Positions 47,470 through 59,582 of a stretch of DNA of 64,000 bases are shown piece after piece (positions within the stretch are counted from its first letter, which is position 1; the number at the start of each line of letters is the position of its first letter). The notes below the pieces were generated by a model. The model saw nothing but the letters and a program-made list of their open reading frames with translations. It was not told the DNA's origin and ran no database searches. The position numbers were made by a program, and so were the translations under genes. Origin of the DNA: Blasia pusilla (taxonomy: Eukaryota); contig CM114271.1 in assembly GCA_050084515.1 (NCBI GenBank), positions 9,920,001 through 9,984,000 of the forward strand, in the 5' to 3' direction.

Positions 47470-50400
47470 GAGTTTGTTAGTGCATCACCGCACACACTGA
47501 GTGGTCCGACCGCCTAGGAGTATGAGATGGATGATCGGGATAGAGGAACGCGTAGGTTTTCAAGTGCTATAGGCACGATAAAGTTGCATGACTTTGTTGT
47601 GGAGTTTAGGAGTTGGTGTGATTCACAACGGGCTAGGAACTCTAGAGAGTTCAACCCGTTCACAGCATAGAACGGCATGTTCCAGCACTTAGAGGGGGCA
47701 TCCATGGACAATTACCATGAGTTCTCTCAGAGATATGTCGAGGAGATTGAGGCATGGACACTCTACTATGACCCACACTATGTGTCATGGACTGAGCTGT
47801 TCCCAGACGAAGAGGAGGAGTGAGGAGAGGCTACTTCCTCTTCTACTACTGATGTGTTAGGAGGGAAAACTCGAATTGGAGCAGTTGCATCATCCAATTA
47901 GGTTCGTTCTAGGTTCAACCTCGTGATTGAGTTCTTTGCGGAGTTGTAGACAAGCTACCAAGGGGGTACGGATTGAGAAGTTTTGGAGCATCCACAACTT
48001 CCACAAGTGCTCAGGGTGAGAGTTTGCGTGAGGCCTACAATTGCTTGCGTTGGTTGATTACCATCACTGAGGGAGTGAAAGAGTCCCGAGCTATCTTGGC
48101 ATGGTACGCAATGCTCAATGGAGACCTGCGGAAATAGGTGAGGGATGGGATACTTCTTATGCACAACTCACCTACGTTGAGATATTTTTGTATGACCATC
48201 AAGAACATTGAGCGCAACATGGTTGAGGACAGCGTAGCCACCATGGATTCTGTGCAAGAGCAATCACAATAGCCTGTACCATGAGTGTAGCAATGTGGCT
48301 TTTGAGAGAGATCTCTCGCACCAAGAGTGCAAGAGGATACCAAAAGGCTGTGCCACAGAGAACTGTGCCTTCATATGCAACTCAACAGCAACTACCTGCG
48401 ATTATCTGTTGGGCATGTGATGGAGCCCATCACCAGTGCGATTGCACCCATCGTAGTAGTGGATGCATCCCTCAACATTGAGGAGAAGATGGGCCCGCAC
48501 TAGGAGTCTACCAGTGTGACCATTTTCAGAGGTATGGTCACACACGTGCGCGATGTTTTAGCTTACACCTTGAGTTACGTCCGGAGCGAGGGCCAAAGAG
48601 GGGATCAAAGCGAGTTGCCGATCGGGATGGGCTTAGAGGTCGTGCAAATGGTCCCCTTGGAGGACGAAGAGTTGGATTTGCCCGGAGGGGTGGTGGAGTT
48701 GCCCATGGAGGAGGTAGAGTTCCACCACCTAGACGCGTCCATGAGGACGTTGGGCGTGAGGTTGAGATGGTTGCTCAGATATAGCAATTGCAGTAGCAGA
48801 TTGCCGTTGTGGCATTGAGGTTACCCGATGCCGAATCTATGGCATCGACGTATTATGGAGCATCTAGAGACATGGAGGATCTTGGTTGGATATGTGCTAC
48901 TATCCTGATGGAGGCAGCCGTTGTTGTTACACATGGAGCAACTGCAAAGTTGGATCCATAAAGAGGGGAAGCCAAGAAACGGACCAAGCTTCCTTAGTCT
49001 TTTATGTTGTCTAAGACGATGAGGACCCCATCGATGGGTTCTGATCAGAGTTTCTGAAGAGCGAGGAAGGCGGTGGGACTCAAATCAAGTTACATGGGAC
49101 CATTATGGTGTACCTAGGGGGGGGCCAAGGCTCTCAAATTCGCCAACATTTTTTATCCCCGTCTACAATCGGCAAGAGGAGCCACTTGTATCCCAGGACA
49201 TTTCTTTTGTACAGGAACCTAGGAGAGTTAGGAGTAAATTTGTAGATGACGAGATTGAAGAAATCATAGACTAGATCAAATGTACATTTTTTAGCTTCCT
49301 TCGGATGTAATAAAAGACAAGATTTTTTCAAACGATAATGGTGTTTGTAAAATTTTGCTGAATATTTTTTTTGGACTTGTCGATTGTGTTCGTCTAGCTA
49401 CTCAAAATTTTTATTTTGCAACCCGTCTGATTCCGAAGGATTGCAACTTTTCACTTTTTGACCACTGCAATTTTTTAACCATTTCCAAGCAAGCTGTTGG
49501 ATTCTGACAGGTTGGCTGCTTGAGTGATCGGATTCTTTCCCTGTGAGACCAACTTCTGAGGCATTGTGGCGGGCTTCTTCACTTTTGGCTTGTTCCCCTA
49601 GTATCGTCAAATCAGTCGTAGGCTTCTTTTCTTCTCTAAGACATGTTGGATTCCTACTTCCTGTCGGATTGCCATTTCGGATTCCCAACGTGTTGGATTT
49701 TCGTGGGTGCAAGGTGGAATGGAATCACTTCTCAAAATCTTTCCTTTGTTATGGTGAGTTTGCTTGCAAGGGGTGCAAGCCATCTACTTTCGACGAGTTG
49801 CAAGAGTTGCAACCTGTAAAATTACGACGGGTTGGGAGGGGTGCAGCTTCTCGGTTTCTCAGATTTAGGATTTGAATGAAGGGACATCAGTTCCTCTTTA
49901 CTCCAGACAGCTAACAATCTTTTGGTTCAATCATCGTCTCGTGTGTTCACATTTCACAAAGTTGGTCTTGAGCAGACATCATTCATTATGGGGCAATTCA
50001 GGGAAGGTCATGATGCAGGCAACAATCCCTACAAAAAGAGAGGTTGGCATCGTACCCGATGCGCATCCGGGTGAGGTCTCATGACACATTAACACTTTAG
50101 AGACACTTGGGAATAGGGGAAGCTCAACAATTCTTATTGTGGTACTATGTTGCCAATGGTTTTCCATAATGTATGATGAGTATTGATGCCTTCTGCAAGA
50201 AGAGTCAATAATCATTTACAGGCATTTCTTTGTGCCTTTCTTTTGCAAGAAAAGATGTCAATCCATAATGTCAACCAAATATTCCGAGAAGTTAAACCTT
50301 GAAAAGCACCGCAGTTTGTTGAGACCATTGTTAGAGTCTTTATTTGAACCTTTCATTGAGATGAGATTGCTACTTCTAGTCAAATTATTTGCCAATGGTC

Positions 50401-51192
50401 CTCCAACAAAAATACCCTTGGGCACAGCTTACTGTAGACTGAGATATGCAATATGAAGAAACTTAGGCTCACATGGAGAGCGATGGAAAAATGTTTGTAG
50501 TGGTCTCATGATGTCTACTTGTTTTTCGCCCCCTGGAAAAAGGAGGTTTCTTTAGGCACGAATGTGGACCACCACTACCTACTCTCTTCTAAAGATTTCA
50601 TGAATTTCAAAGCAAACAAAAATTTCAAATATATCAAAAAGTTTTGAAGAGAGGAGGCAGATTTGGCCCTTTTTTTTTAAGAGAGACTCTCCTCTCTTCC
50701 TCTCTCCTGCCAGAATACCACAATGGAGTAGGAAGGATGTATTGGGTCAGGAACAACACTGTAAATTCAAGTGTCATAGGGGTGTATGTGGTGCACATCA
50801 GTTGCTTTCCCACATGTTCATGTGATGACTTTGTCCAAAGAGAGACAAGTGGGAAAAGGTATTTTCCTTGTAAGCACATGTACTATGTGTTGCTTGTAGT
50901 TTTAAGAGAGTCGGAGGTAGGAGTAGGAATCCACCAACCAATTTTTTCCCTCAAAGAAGTGCAAAGTATTTTAAACAGACCACTTTGAGGATGCAAAATG
51001 AGGTCTTAGATTGTACTTTCATTTTCCAGAACCTTCACTTTGAGCTTGAACTCTATCCAACCAAGGAAAATGATATATTTTTTCCAAACCTTGGATGGAA
51101 AAAGTGATTTTTTCCACACTTATGATTCCAATGATTTTTCCGTTTTTAAAATTTTATGCAAGTTGCAACCCGTCGGATTCAGACAGGTTGCC

Positions 51193-54100
51193 TGTTAGAT
51201 TCTCAACATCCACTTCTCTGAGCACCATATATCTAATCCGCCCCCTTGTATGAGGAGAAGCCTAGATTGATGGTTCTCACTTAGACGTCGAAGGAGTCAT
51301 AGTAATATGACGTAGGTGGTTTATGGAGTGGCGTTACTAGGATTATCCAATCCTATAATGCATTAAGGTGCGGGGCACCCTGATTTTTCTATTAATAGAA
51401 ACAAAGAAAAAAAGGTAAAAATCCTAGTTTCTCGAGTAGTGATGTAGTGAGTAGCCGCAGGGGTAGCGTATTCTCGCATGTTTTGTTATCTCCATGTTCA
51501 GGTTCCATCGAAGCTCTTTTGTGAGCACACGGACGGACTAGGCCACTTTGTATCTCTAAGTTTTGTAAAGATTTCAGTGATTTCGTCACTTTCTGTTTTC
51601 TCACATGGTATCAGAGCGCTAGGTTTTCCAATATTTTGTATTTGGCAATCTACTGTGTTTGCACTAAATCTTGAGAGATGGCTACTTCTTTGTCAGTTCG
51701 TGCTCGCCCTCCTCCGCTGGATGAAGGGAAGTTAGATGGGTCTAACTATACATTGTGGAATTTCAAAATGAGAACTGTCCTCGAGTCATTTGAGATCTGG
51801 GAGACGGCCATAGGGGTCGATTTGAATCCACAAGCTACTTTGAGTTCTGCATGTTCATCTTCATCTAGTGATATCGATCCTGTTGTATTGCTCGAATGGA
51901 AACGCAGAAACGTTGATGCTCTATATGCGATTGGCACGAATGTAACTGATTCTGTCATGACTCTCATTCAACATACAACCACTGTTGTTGAGGTGTGGAA
52001 CATTCTGAAGAATCGGTATGAAACGAGGAATGAGACTCAGATTCAGAATCTGGAGAATCAGCTTAAGTCCAAGAAATTTTCAGAAGGAGAAATCGCAGAG
52101 CAATTTTTGACAAGGATCAAGAATCTTCAAGATCAAATGGCGTCCGTAGGAATTTCAAAGTCTAGCAAAGATTTGGCAAGTCGGTGCATAAGGATTTGGC
52201 CTCCAAGGTATGACAGGTTGGTCACTGCATTGAATACTCAAGTAAGACCCGCGTCGCTTACTTTTGAACAATTTAGTGTAATGTTGGTAGAAGAGGAAAT
52301 GCGCTTCAAAGCAATAGAGGGAAGTGATGTAGCATTTAGTGCCAACGTATAGAGAGGTAGAAATCAAGATTATAGTTCAAATGTCAAGAAGAAATTTCCA
52401 AGGAAAGCCTTCAAATGCTTTTATTGTGGTAAGCTAGGTCATCTTATCAAAGATTGTAGAAAGAAGAGTCACGATGAGAAGAACGGTTGTTTAAGACCTA
52501 AGAAGGAGTGTGGAAATTTTGTAGAACTAGGAGAACATGAAGTAGATGCTTTGGTAGCAATTGAAGAGTTTTGCACACAGGCAGAACATTCCACTAAGTC
52601 AAAGAGTGAAGATGCATGGGTGCTCGATAGTGGAGCATCTAGGCATATGACTAATCATAAGGATTGGTATAGCTCCTTACAGCCTCTACAGGAGCCCATC
52701 GTTGTTACTGTTGGGAATAATGCAAAGTGCCCTGTAGAAGGGAAAGGTACAATTTCTTTCGTCTCACAAAAATGAGATGAAAAGAAGTTAACTGATATAC
52801 TGTTCGTACCAGAGTTGAAGCAAAATTTGATTTCAGTAGCAGTATTATATGATCGTGACCTAGAAGTTCGTTTCAAGAAACTGGAGCAGTCATTTAGGAT
52901 GCCAATGGGAAAGTAGTGGGTGAAGGAATACGACGTGGAAATATCTACGAGTTGTATGCTCTCACGATAAGTGTAGGTACCGATCTTAGTAGCAATAAGT
53001 TGTGGCATGAAAGATTTGGTCACCTAAGCTTTCCCTTACTAAGTCAGATACAGAAATCTGGCATGGTTATTGATTTACCAATAATTTATGGAGTGTCGGA
53101 TACATGTGAAGCTTGTATGATGGGCAAGCAACACCGAAAACCATTTCCACAAGAGTCCATCAATAGAGTAAAGGCTCCTCTAGAGTTGATTCATGTTGAC
53201 CTTTTGGGTAAAATGAGAACACTGGCATTAGGTGGTTCTTCCTACTTTTTTTTAGTTTTCAACGATTATAGTAGGAAGATGTGGGTGTATTTCCTTCGTG
53301 ATAAGGCAAGTGCTTTTGGAAAATTTAAAGTATAACACAAGCTGGTTGAGAATGAGACAGGAAAGAAGATACAAAAGCTTTGCACCGATCGAGGAGAAGA
53401 ATTCTTATCAACAGAATTCAACAAATATTTGGGGGAGCATGGAATCAAGCAACAGTTAACCACGACACCTACACCACAAAAAAATGGAGTTGTTGAGCGT
53501 CGAAACCGTACAGTGGTGGAGATGGAAAGATGTATGATGAAAGCAAAAGGTTTGACAGAAGGATTTTGGGCTGAAAAGTCGCATTATCTTGCCGTTTACA
53601 TTCTAAATAGAAGTGCAACCAAGTCAGTACAAGGCATGACTCCTCATCAATCATACTCAGGTAAGGTACCATCAGTCCAACATTTCAGGACTTTTGGTAG
53701 TGAGTGCTTTGTATATATTCCTGAAGCATCCAGGACCAAGCTGGAGTCCAAGAGCAGGAAGTGCATCTTTATGGGATACAGTGATGAGTCTAAAGCTTAT
53801 CGCCTATGGTGTCCTGAGGCAAAGAAGATGCTTGTGAGTCGTGATGTGGTGTTCCAGGAACAACCTTGTCAAGTGGCGGATATCAATGGTCTGTCCATAT
53901 TATCATCAAAGGAAGAGATAACCCACCAGAGCACACCACCAATGTTTACACCAGATCATCAAGAAGAAAAATTTGGTGATGATTACAAAGAGCAGTCTGC
54001 TCTTCCACTACGGTCGTCATACCCTAAGTGGATAAAGCAGCTATTGGATGGTAAAGATCCACCAGCAATTGATGAAGTTGTTACACATCCAAGGAGATCC

Positions 54101-56183
54101 AAGAGACAAGAGGAGCAAAATAGAGCTTTCGCACATCTCGTCAACATGGCCTTGATGACAGAGGTCTTAAAGGTGGAAGAGCCATCATGCTTGGATGAGG
54201 CCCTTGCTCATCCTAAATGAAGAGAGGCCATGCAGATGGAGATGGATGCTATTCAAAGAAATGAAACTTGGACTTTGGTTGAGAAGCCAAAGGATAGGAA
54301 GATAATACGCGCCAAGTGGCTATACAAGACTAAGTACAAGTCGGACGGTATATTGGATAAATTCAAAGCGAGGTTGGTTGCACAAGGATGCGCACAAATC
54401 AGAGGTTTTGACTACTATGAGACTTTTGCTCCTACTGCAAGGATGAAAACCATTCGAATTGTTCTAGCGGTTGGAGGAACAAGATGTTGGTCTGTATACC
54501 AATACGATGTGAAGTCTGTCTTTTTGAACGGGAGTCTCAAAGAGGAGGTGTATGTATCTCAACCACCAGGTTTTGAGACACCCGGATCAAAAGAGAAAGT
54601 GTGTTTACTTCATCAAGCATTGTATGGATTGAAGCAAGCCCCAAGGGTATGGTATCAACGAATAGATACATTCTTCCGAGAGAAGGGTCTCATCAAGAGT
54701 TCGTCACAAGAAAATTTGTATGTGTTTTACGAAGATGGGATATATATGTTGATAGTCCTGTATGTGGATGATCTAATCATCACAGGAGACCACAATAAGA
54801 AAATAGAGGAAATGAAGTGAGTGTTGAAATCTGAGTTTGAAATGTCAGATTTAGGTCTTTTGCACTACTTTATAGGGCAGGAGATTTGGCACCAGTCAGA
54901 TTCTATTTTTCTCTCTTAGAAAAAGTATGCAAGAGAAATCTTGAAGGCATTCGGGATGACCGAGTGTAAGGAAGTGGTCTCGCGAATGGAGGTAGAGTTG
55001 AAACTCTCGATGGAGGATGTTTCACCATTGGTAGATGAAAAGTTGTATAGAAAGCTTGTAGGTAGTTTGATATTTTTGTGTAACACTAGACTAGACATTA
55101 GCTTCAATGTGGGAGTGTTCAGTAGGTTCTCAATTTAGCCTCGTGAGAACCATTGGAAGGCAGGGATGCGTGTGTTGAAGTACATCAAAGGCACTATCGA
55201 GTACCCCATCACCTATGGAGTAGGGATGGAAATGACAGCTTTTTGTGACTCGGATTGGGTAGGACATTCAGATTCTCGGAGATCAGTTTCGGGTTATTGC
55301 TTCTTGGTAGGATCAGGTGTGGTGTCATGGGTCAGCAAGAAGCAACCTACATTGGCTCTTTCTTCTACCGAGGTAGAGTACAAGGCGGCTTGTTATGCTT
55401 CTTGTGAAGCAGTATGGTTGAGATGGATATTGGAGGACATAGGAGAAGCACCACAAAGTGCTACTATAATGTGGTGTGACAATCAGAGTTGCATTGCCAT
55501 AGCACATAATCTTGTGTTTCATGCTCGTACAAAGCACATAGAGATCCAATATCATTTTTTTCTTGAGTTGATCGAGAGAGAGGTTTTGAAGTTAGTCTAT
55601 TGTCCAACATAGGATAACCGTGCAAACATCTTCACGAAAGCTTTGAGCGGAGATTAGCTCCACCGACATCTGAAGGATCTTGGCATTGGTCCAAGATAGT
55701 AGTCCACATGGGAGTGGATATTGATTGGGGGGGGTGTTGGATTCTGAACATCCACTTCTCTGAGCATCATTAATCTGATCGACCCCCTTGTATGAGGAGA
55801 AGTCTAGATTGATGGTTCCGAATTAGACGTCGAAGGAGTCATAGTAATATGATGTGGGTGGTTTATGGAGTAGCGTTACTAGGATTATCCAACCCTATAT
55901 TGCATCAGGGTGCGGGGCACCTTGATGTGTCGCAAGGATCCGGGGGCTACGCCTCCGGAAAATTTTTCTTATTAATAGACAAAGAAAAATAGGTAGAAAC
56001 CCTAGTTTTCCGAGTAGTGATACAGTGGGGAGCCGTAGCGGTAGCGTATTCTCGTATGTCGAGTTATCTCCATGTTCAGGTTCCATCGAAGCTCTTCTGT
56101 GAGCGCATAGACGGACTAGGCCACTTTGTATCTCTAAGTTTTGTAAAGATTTCAGTGATTTCGTCACTTTTTGTTTTCTCACA
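51193..56183 (+). mobile_element. Full-length Ty1/Copia LTR retrotransposon, decayed
   Basis: LTRs 51193-51605 and 55735-56183 (TG...CA). PBS TGGTATCAGAGC (tRNA-iMet) at 51606. G-run PPT at 55727-55734. Perfect TSD TTGCC at 51188-51192 and 56184-56188. Confidence 0.97.
51678..55699 (+). pseudogene. Copia gag-pol polyprotein with in-frame stops
   Basis: LDGSNYTLW, CFYCGKLGHLIKDC, WVLDSGASRHM, WHERFGH...CEAC, TPQKNGVVER, FKARLVAQG, LYVDDL, CDSDW, RTKHIEIQYHF, in the order PR-IN-RT-RH. Confidence 0.95.
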
Positions 56184-56470
56184 TTGCCAAAATGTGGAAG
56201 AGGAAAAAAAAAATCTATGGGAGTGCCTAAGCACTGAGAACAAAAGTGCAAAAAAATTCACACAAAAAGTTTCCTCTCTTCAACCCAAGAGAAACTCTCT
56301 TCAAATCACAGGAAACTCTCTTCAAATCACAGGAAACTCTCTTAAGAAAAATGTATCTCTTTAGGTTGAAGGTAGTTTCTTCTCTCCTCTCTCCTCTCTC
56401 TCGTCTTATCTCCTCTCTCCTCTCTTCTTCTCTCCTCTCTTCCTCTCTTCCTCTCCTCTTACTACGCCTC

Positions 56471-57011
56471 CCTCCTTGCCCGAGCCCACCCCTGCCCACC
56501 CCAGCTCGCGCCTAGTCCGCCCTAGCCTACACCCTGCTTGCCCTAGCCCGCCACAAGCCCGCATCGGCCCGCCCGCCCAGCCCTCACCCTACCCGCCCCA
56601 CAGCGCGCATGCCCGCCTTGAAGCTCGCGCTTGCTTGCCAGCCAAAGCCTGCTCGACCCTAGCCCGCGCCTGCCCATGCCCACCTCGAGCCTATCCCTGC
56701 CCGCCCATGCCCACCTTGAGCCTGCCGACTTGGAGCTCGCGCCTAGCCCGCGCCCATCTTGCTTGAGTTGCATGCCCCCTACCAACGCCTGCTTGCCTTG
56801 ACCCGCCCTTGCCCGCCACGAGCCCAACCTTGCCCCCCCAAGCTTACCATATGGGCCACGCAACGAGTGCGGGCTCTGTCATTCCGGGTCTAGGTGGTGG
56901 GCTTCAGGCAAGCTCAGGTGCGGGCTGCGTGTACCCAAGCCCGCACGAGCATGTCTGTCTTATGGACGGACATAAGTCCGCACATATGGACTTTGTCCAT
57001 GTGCAACCTTG
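56471..57011. mobile_element. Right part of a MITE related to 34910-35630
   Basis: Same GCCCGC-rich body and GGCCACGCAAC..GTGCGGGCT motif. Ends TGTCCATGTGCAACCTTG, the inverse of the left end at 34910. Confidence 0.75.
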
Positions 57012-57229
57012 GTTCTTGATGACCCAGATGTATGGATGCAAGCATGTTCTCAAAGGGTGGAGATTTTTTGCCGATAGGCATTTATGGTGTAGATGTGACT
57101 AGCCGCCAGCCATATGTATATGTAGTAACATGTATACGCGCCATAGGTGTCAAATCTTAGTTAGCCAACAGGTAGAGTTTTTCCGCGTTGACAACATAGA
57201 GGATTAGCAAGTTGTTTGGGTGTAACTTT

Positions 57230-57980
57230 GTCGTGAGGTGTCGGATGAGGTTAACGAAAGGTGCATTGCGTCAAGAGCATCTTTTGAGACAAATTTTCTC
57301 TTTTATTCCTTTTCAGCCAAGTGACATGTTGATTGATTCAAGGTCACCCGATAACATGTGCACGTAGTTTATTATTGGGGATGGATATTTTTAGGAGAAG
57401 AACTTTTTGGCTCTTCCCAAGAGTGTAAGAGTGAGGAAGATGACTTTCTCAAGCCATCTTTCTCATGTTGGGCCTTTGGAGCACCTCTATTGGTCGTGTA
57501 TGGAAGAAGTAGGATGCTAACGCCTAGATTCCGTAATAGCAGAGGGTGAATATGAGTTGATATGCCGATGTAGATTCGAGAGTGGAATTGACCGTCTGTG
57601 TCATTTTTACTTCAATTTTGTTATGCAGTCTCGACATATGTACATGAGTTTATTTTTGTTTGTGTATGGATCTACCAAATATCGCAACCCTAATAACCAA
57701 ACGTGAGTCGATGCGAAACAAGACTCTAGTAGGCTCACACTAGGATGGATGCGGGTCCGAAAAAATCTCTTGAAGGAGACATGATATGTGAGACGCAAGT
57801 AAAGTTGAGCGTTTCATGTGTTTACAATAATTTGGGAAACCTTGACCAAACGTGAACTAAGACCTGAGAAGAGTCGAGTCTAAGAAGAGTGGGTTTCTTG
57901 GACTCCAAAAATAGTTGAGAACTTGGTGAGTTAGACAGTTGACTTAAACCAAGATTAATGAGAGTGTGTTCAGGTGTAGA
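57230..57980 (+). repeat. Old, degenerate chromovirus-like LTR remnant
   Basis: Patchy similarity to 2390-2560 (GGCTCACACTAGGATGG, AGAGTCGAGTCTAAGAAGAGTGGGTT). Confidence 0.4.
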
Positions 57981-58120
57981 TCAACATATTAAGCGTGATC
58001 TATTAAGCATACGCTTCTGCAACATCCAAGATTGATATGCAAGAGTAGGCACACAACAACCCATACGTTGGGACAATTGATGGTATGTTGTAGGTATGAC
58101 CAACCATATGTCTACACACG

Positions 58121-58240
58121 AATAATTACATGTGATTACACCATTTTTGAAATACCATTGTTTGTGCAAGATCACCACCAAATAATTACAAGTTGTGATT
58201 ACACCATCTTTGAAATACCATTCTTTGTGCAAGATCACAT
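58121..58240. repeat. Two tandem ~60-bp units
   Basis: AATAATTACA..TGTGATTACACCAT.TTTGAAATACCATT.TTTGTGCAAGATCAC occurs twice. Confidence 0.9.
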
Positions 58241-59582
58241 AAATGGTAGGTTCAAAGGGGAATTCAAAGAGGTGGTCAAAGGGAACCTATTAGGGGTAAC
58301 TTTTCAAGATCTCCTTTTCCTCAAGAAGTATATGCACGGAAGGTTAATCCCATCTTTACAATTTTAACAAGAATATTTTGGAAATACCATTCCAATGTTT
58401 TTTTTTTTAAATGGTTTTCGCGGAGATGTATTAATGCAAACGATTATTAACTAACCTTCAAAAGAAGTTTTAGAATTTATCTGTGGTTTTTTTGCATATC
58501 ACTACCAAACTCCATGGGCAAGTGGGTTCCTTTGACCGGATATACTTGCATACATTCCAAGGGAAACTGAAATCTAGGAGGTAAGGCACGAGAATATCTC
58601 GTAGAAAGGTATGTGTAAAATTTTCAAGCCATAGGAGACTAAGAAAGCAATTTATCTACCAATAGCTCCTAAACCTGCTAATGCACTTTCTTGTTTTAAA
58701 GTCCAAAAATGAAAATGACTACATGGAATTGGGAGAAAATTATTTTGTAAATCTTGGAGCATCAAAATTCTTTTGTTGAATTAACAATAAGAATTGACTT
58801 CCAATGGCCACTTGGACGCGCCATGAAGACTGCCGAACGACTGAAATCCTAAAAATTAGCACATTTTCCATTGATAACCAAATCCTCATGACTACAATCT
58901 TTTACCTTCAAAGCTAAAAATACATGCAATTTTGGCAACATCAAGAATGACAAGAAAATTCAACAGAATTTTTGAATGACTAGTGGACAACCCATCTTGG
59001 CACGGGAGGGAGGAAATATTTTCTTGCTGTCCAGTTGCCACATGTCAAGCAAAGAGATGTTTGAAAATCAAGAAGACACTCTCCCATAGTAATATAGATA
59101 ATTTGTTATCAACTTCTTGTGGGATATAACCCAGAATATAAGAGAACTAAAAAAAACGAGTCCAAGCCTAAGATATTTCATTGTGCACACTGAAATGGAA
59201 TAGATTTGAGTGTAAGTTTTTCACAATTATGTTTTCTAAGACCCTGCCATCCTACATGCTGGCAATGGGCAATTGCAGAGGTCTCCAACTCAAAATTTCA
59301 TGCAGATGTCCAAATAGATTTTTGATAGACAGACTCAGATCGGCTTCACTAATGGATTTTCACAATCACCACTGTCACCAGGATGAAAGATAGTCTCAAT
59401 TAGCAACAGAGTGGATGGAAATGGCCAGTGCTTCTTTCAAGCTAGAATAGAATACATACCCTTCAATGGGTTGCTCAAAACTCATGAATGCTGTCTCAAG
59501 CTTCACACCTTTGTGAAAGACTCTTCAACTGCATCCTTATCCTTTGTAAGGTGATACTCTAAGACAAGGAGAAAAAACTACT

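Larger units (their letters stand above)
49061..56470. mobile_element. Rearranged second copy of the MULE: inverted left arm (49061-50720) fused to the SWIM exon and right arm (50721-51192, 56184-56470)
   Basis: 49061-50720 is the reverse complement of about 35839-36890 plus extra sequence. 50815-51192 and 56189-56470 match 46515-47084. Right end CTCCTCTTACTACGCCTC. Confidence 0.85.
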
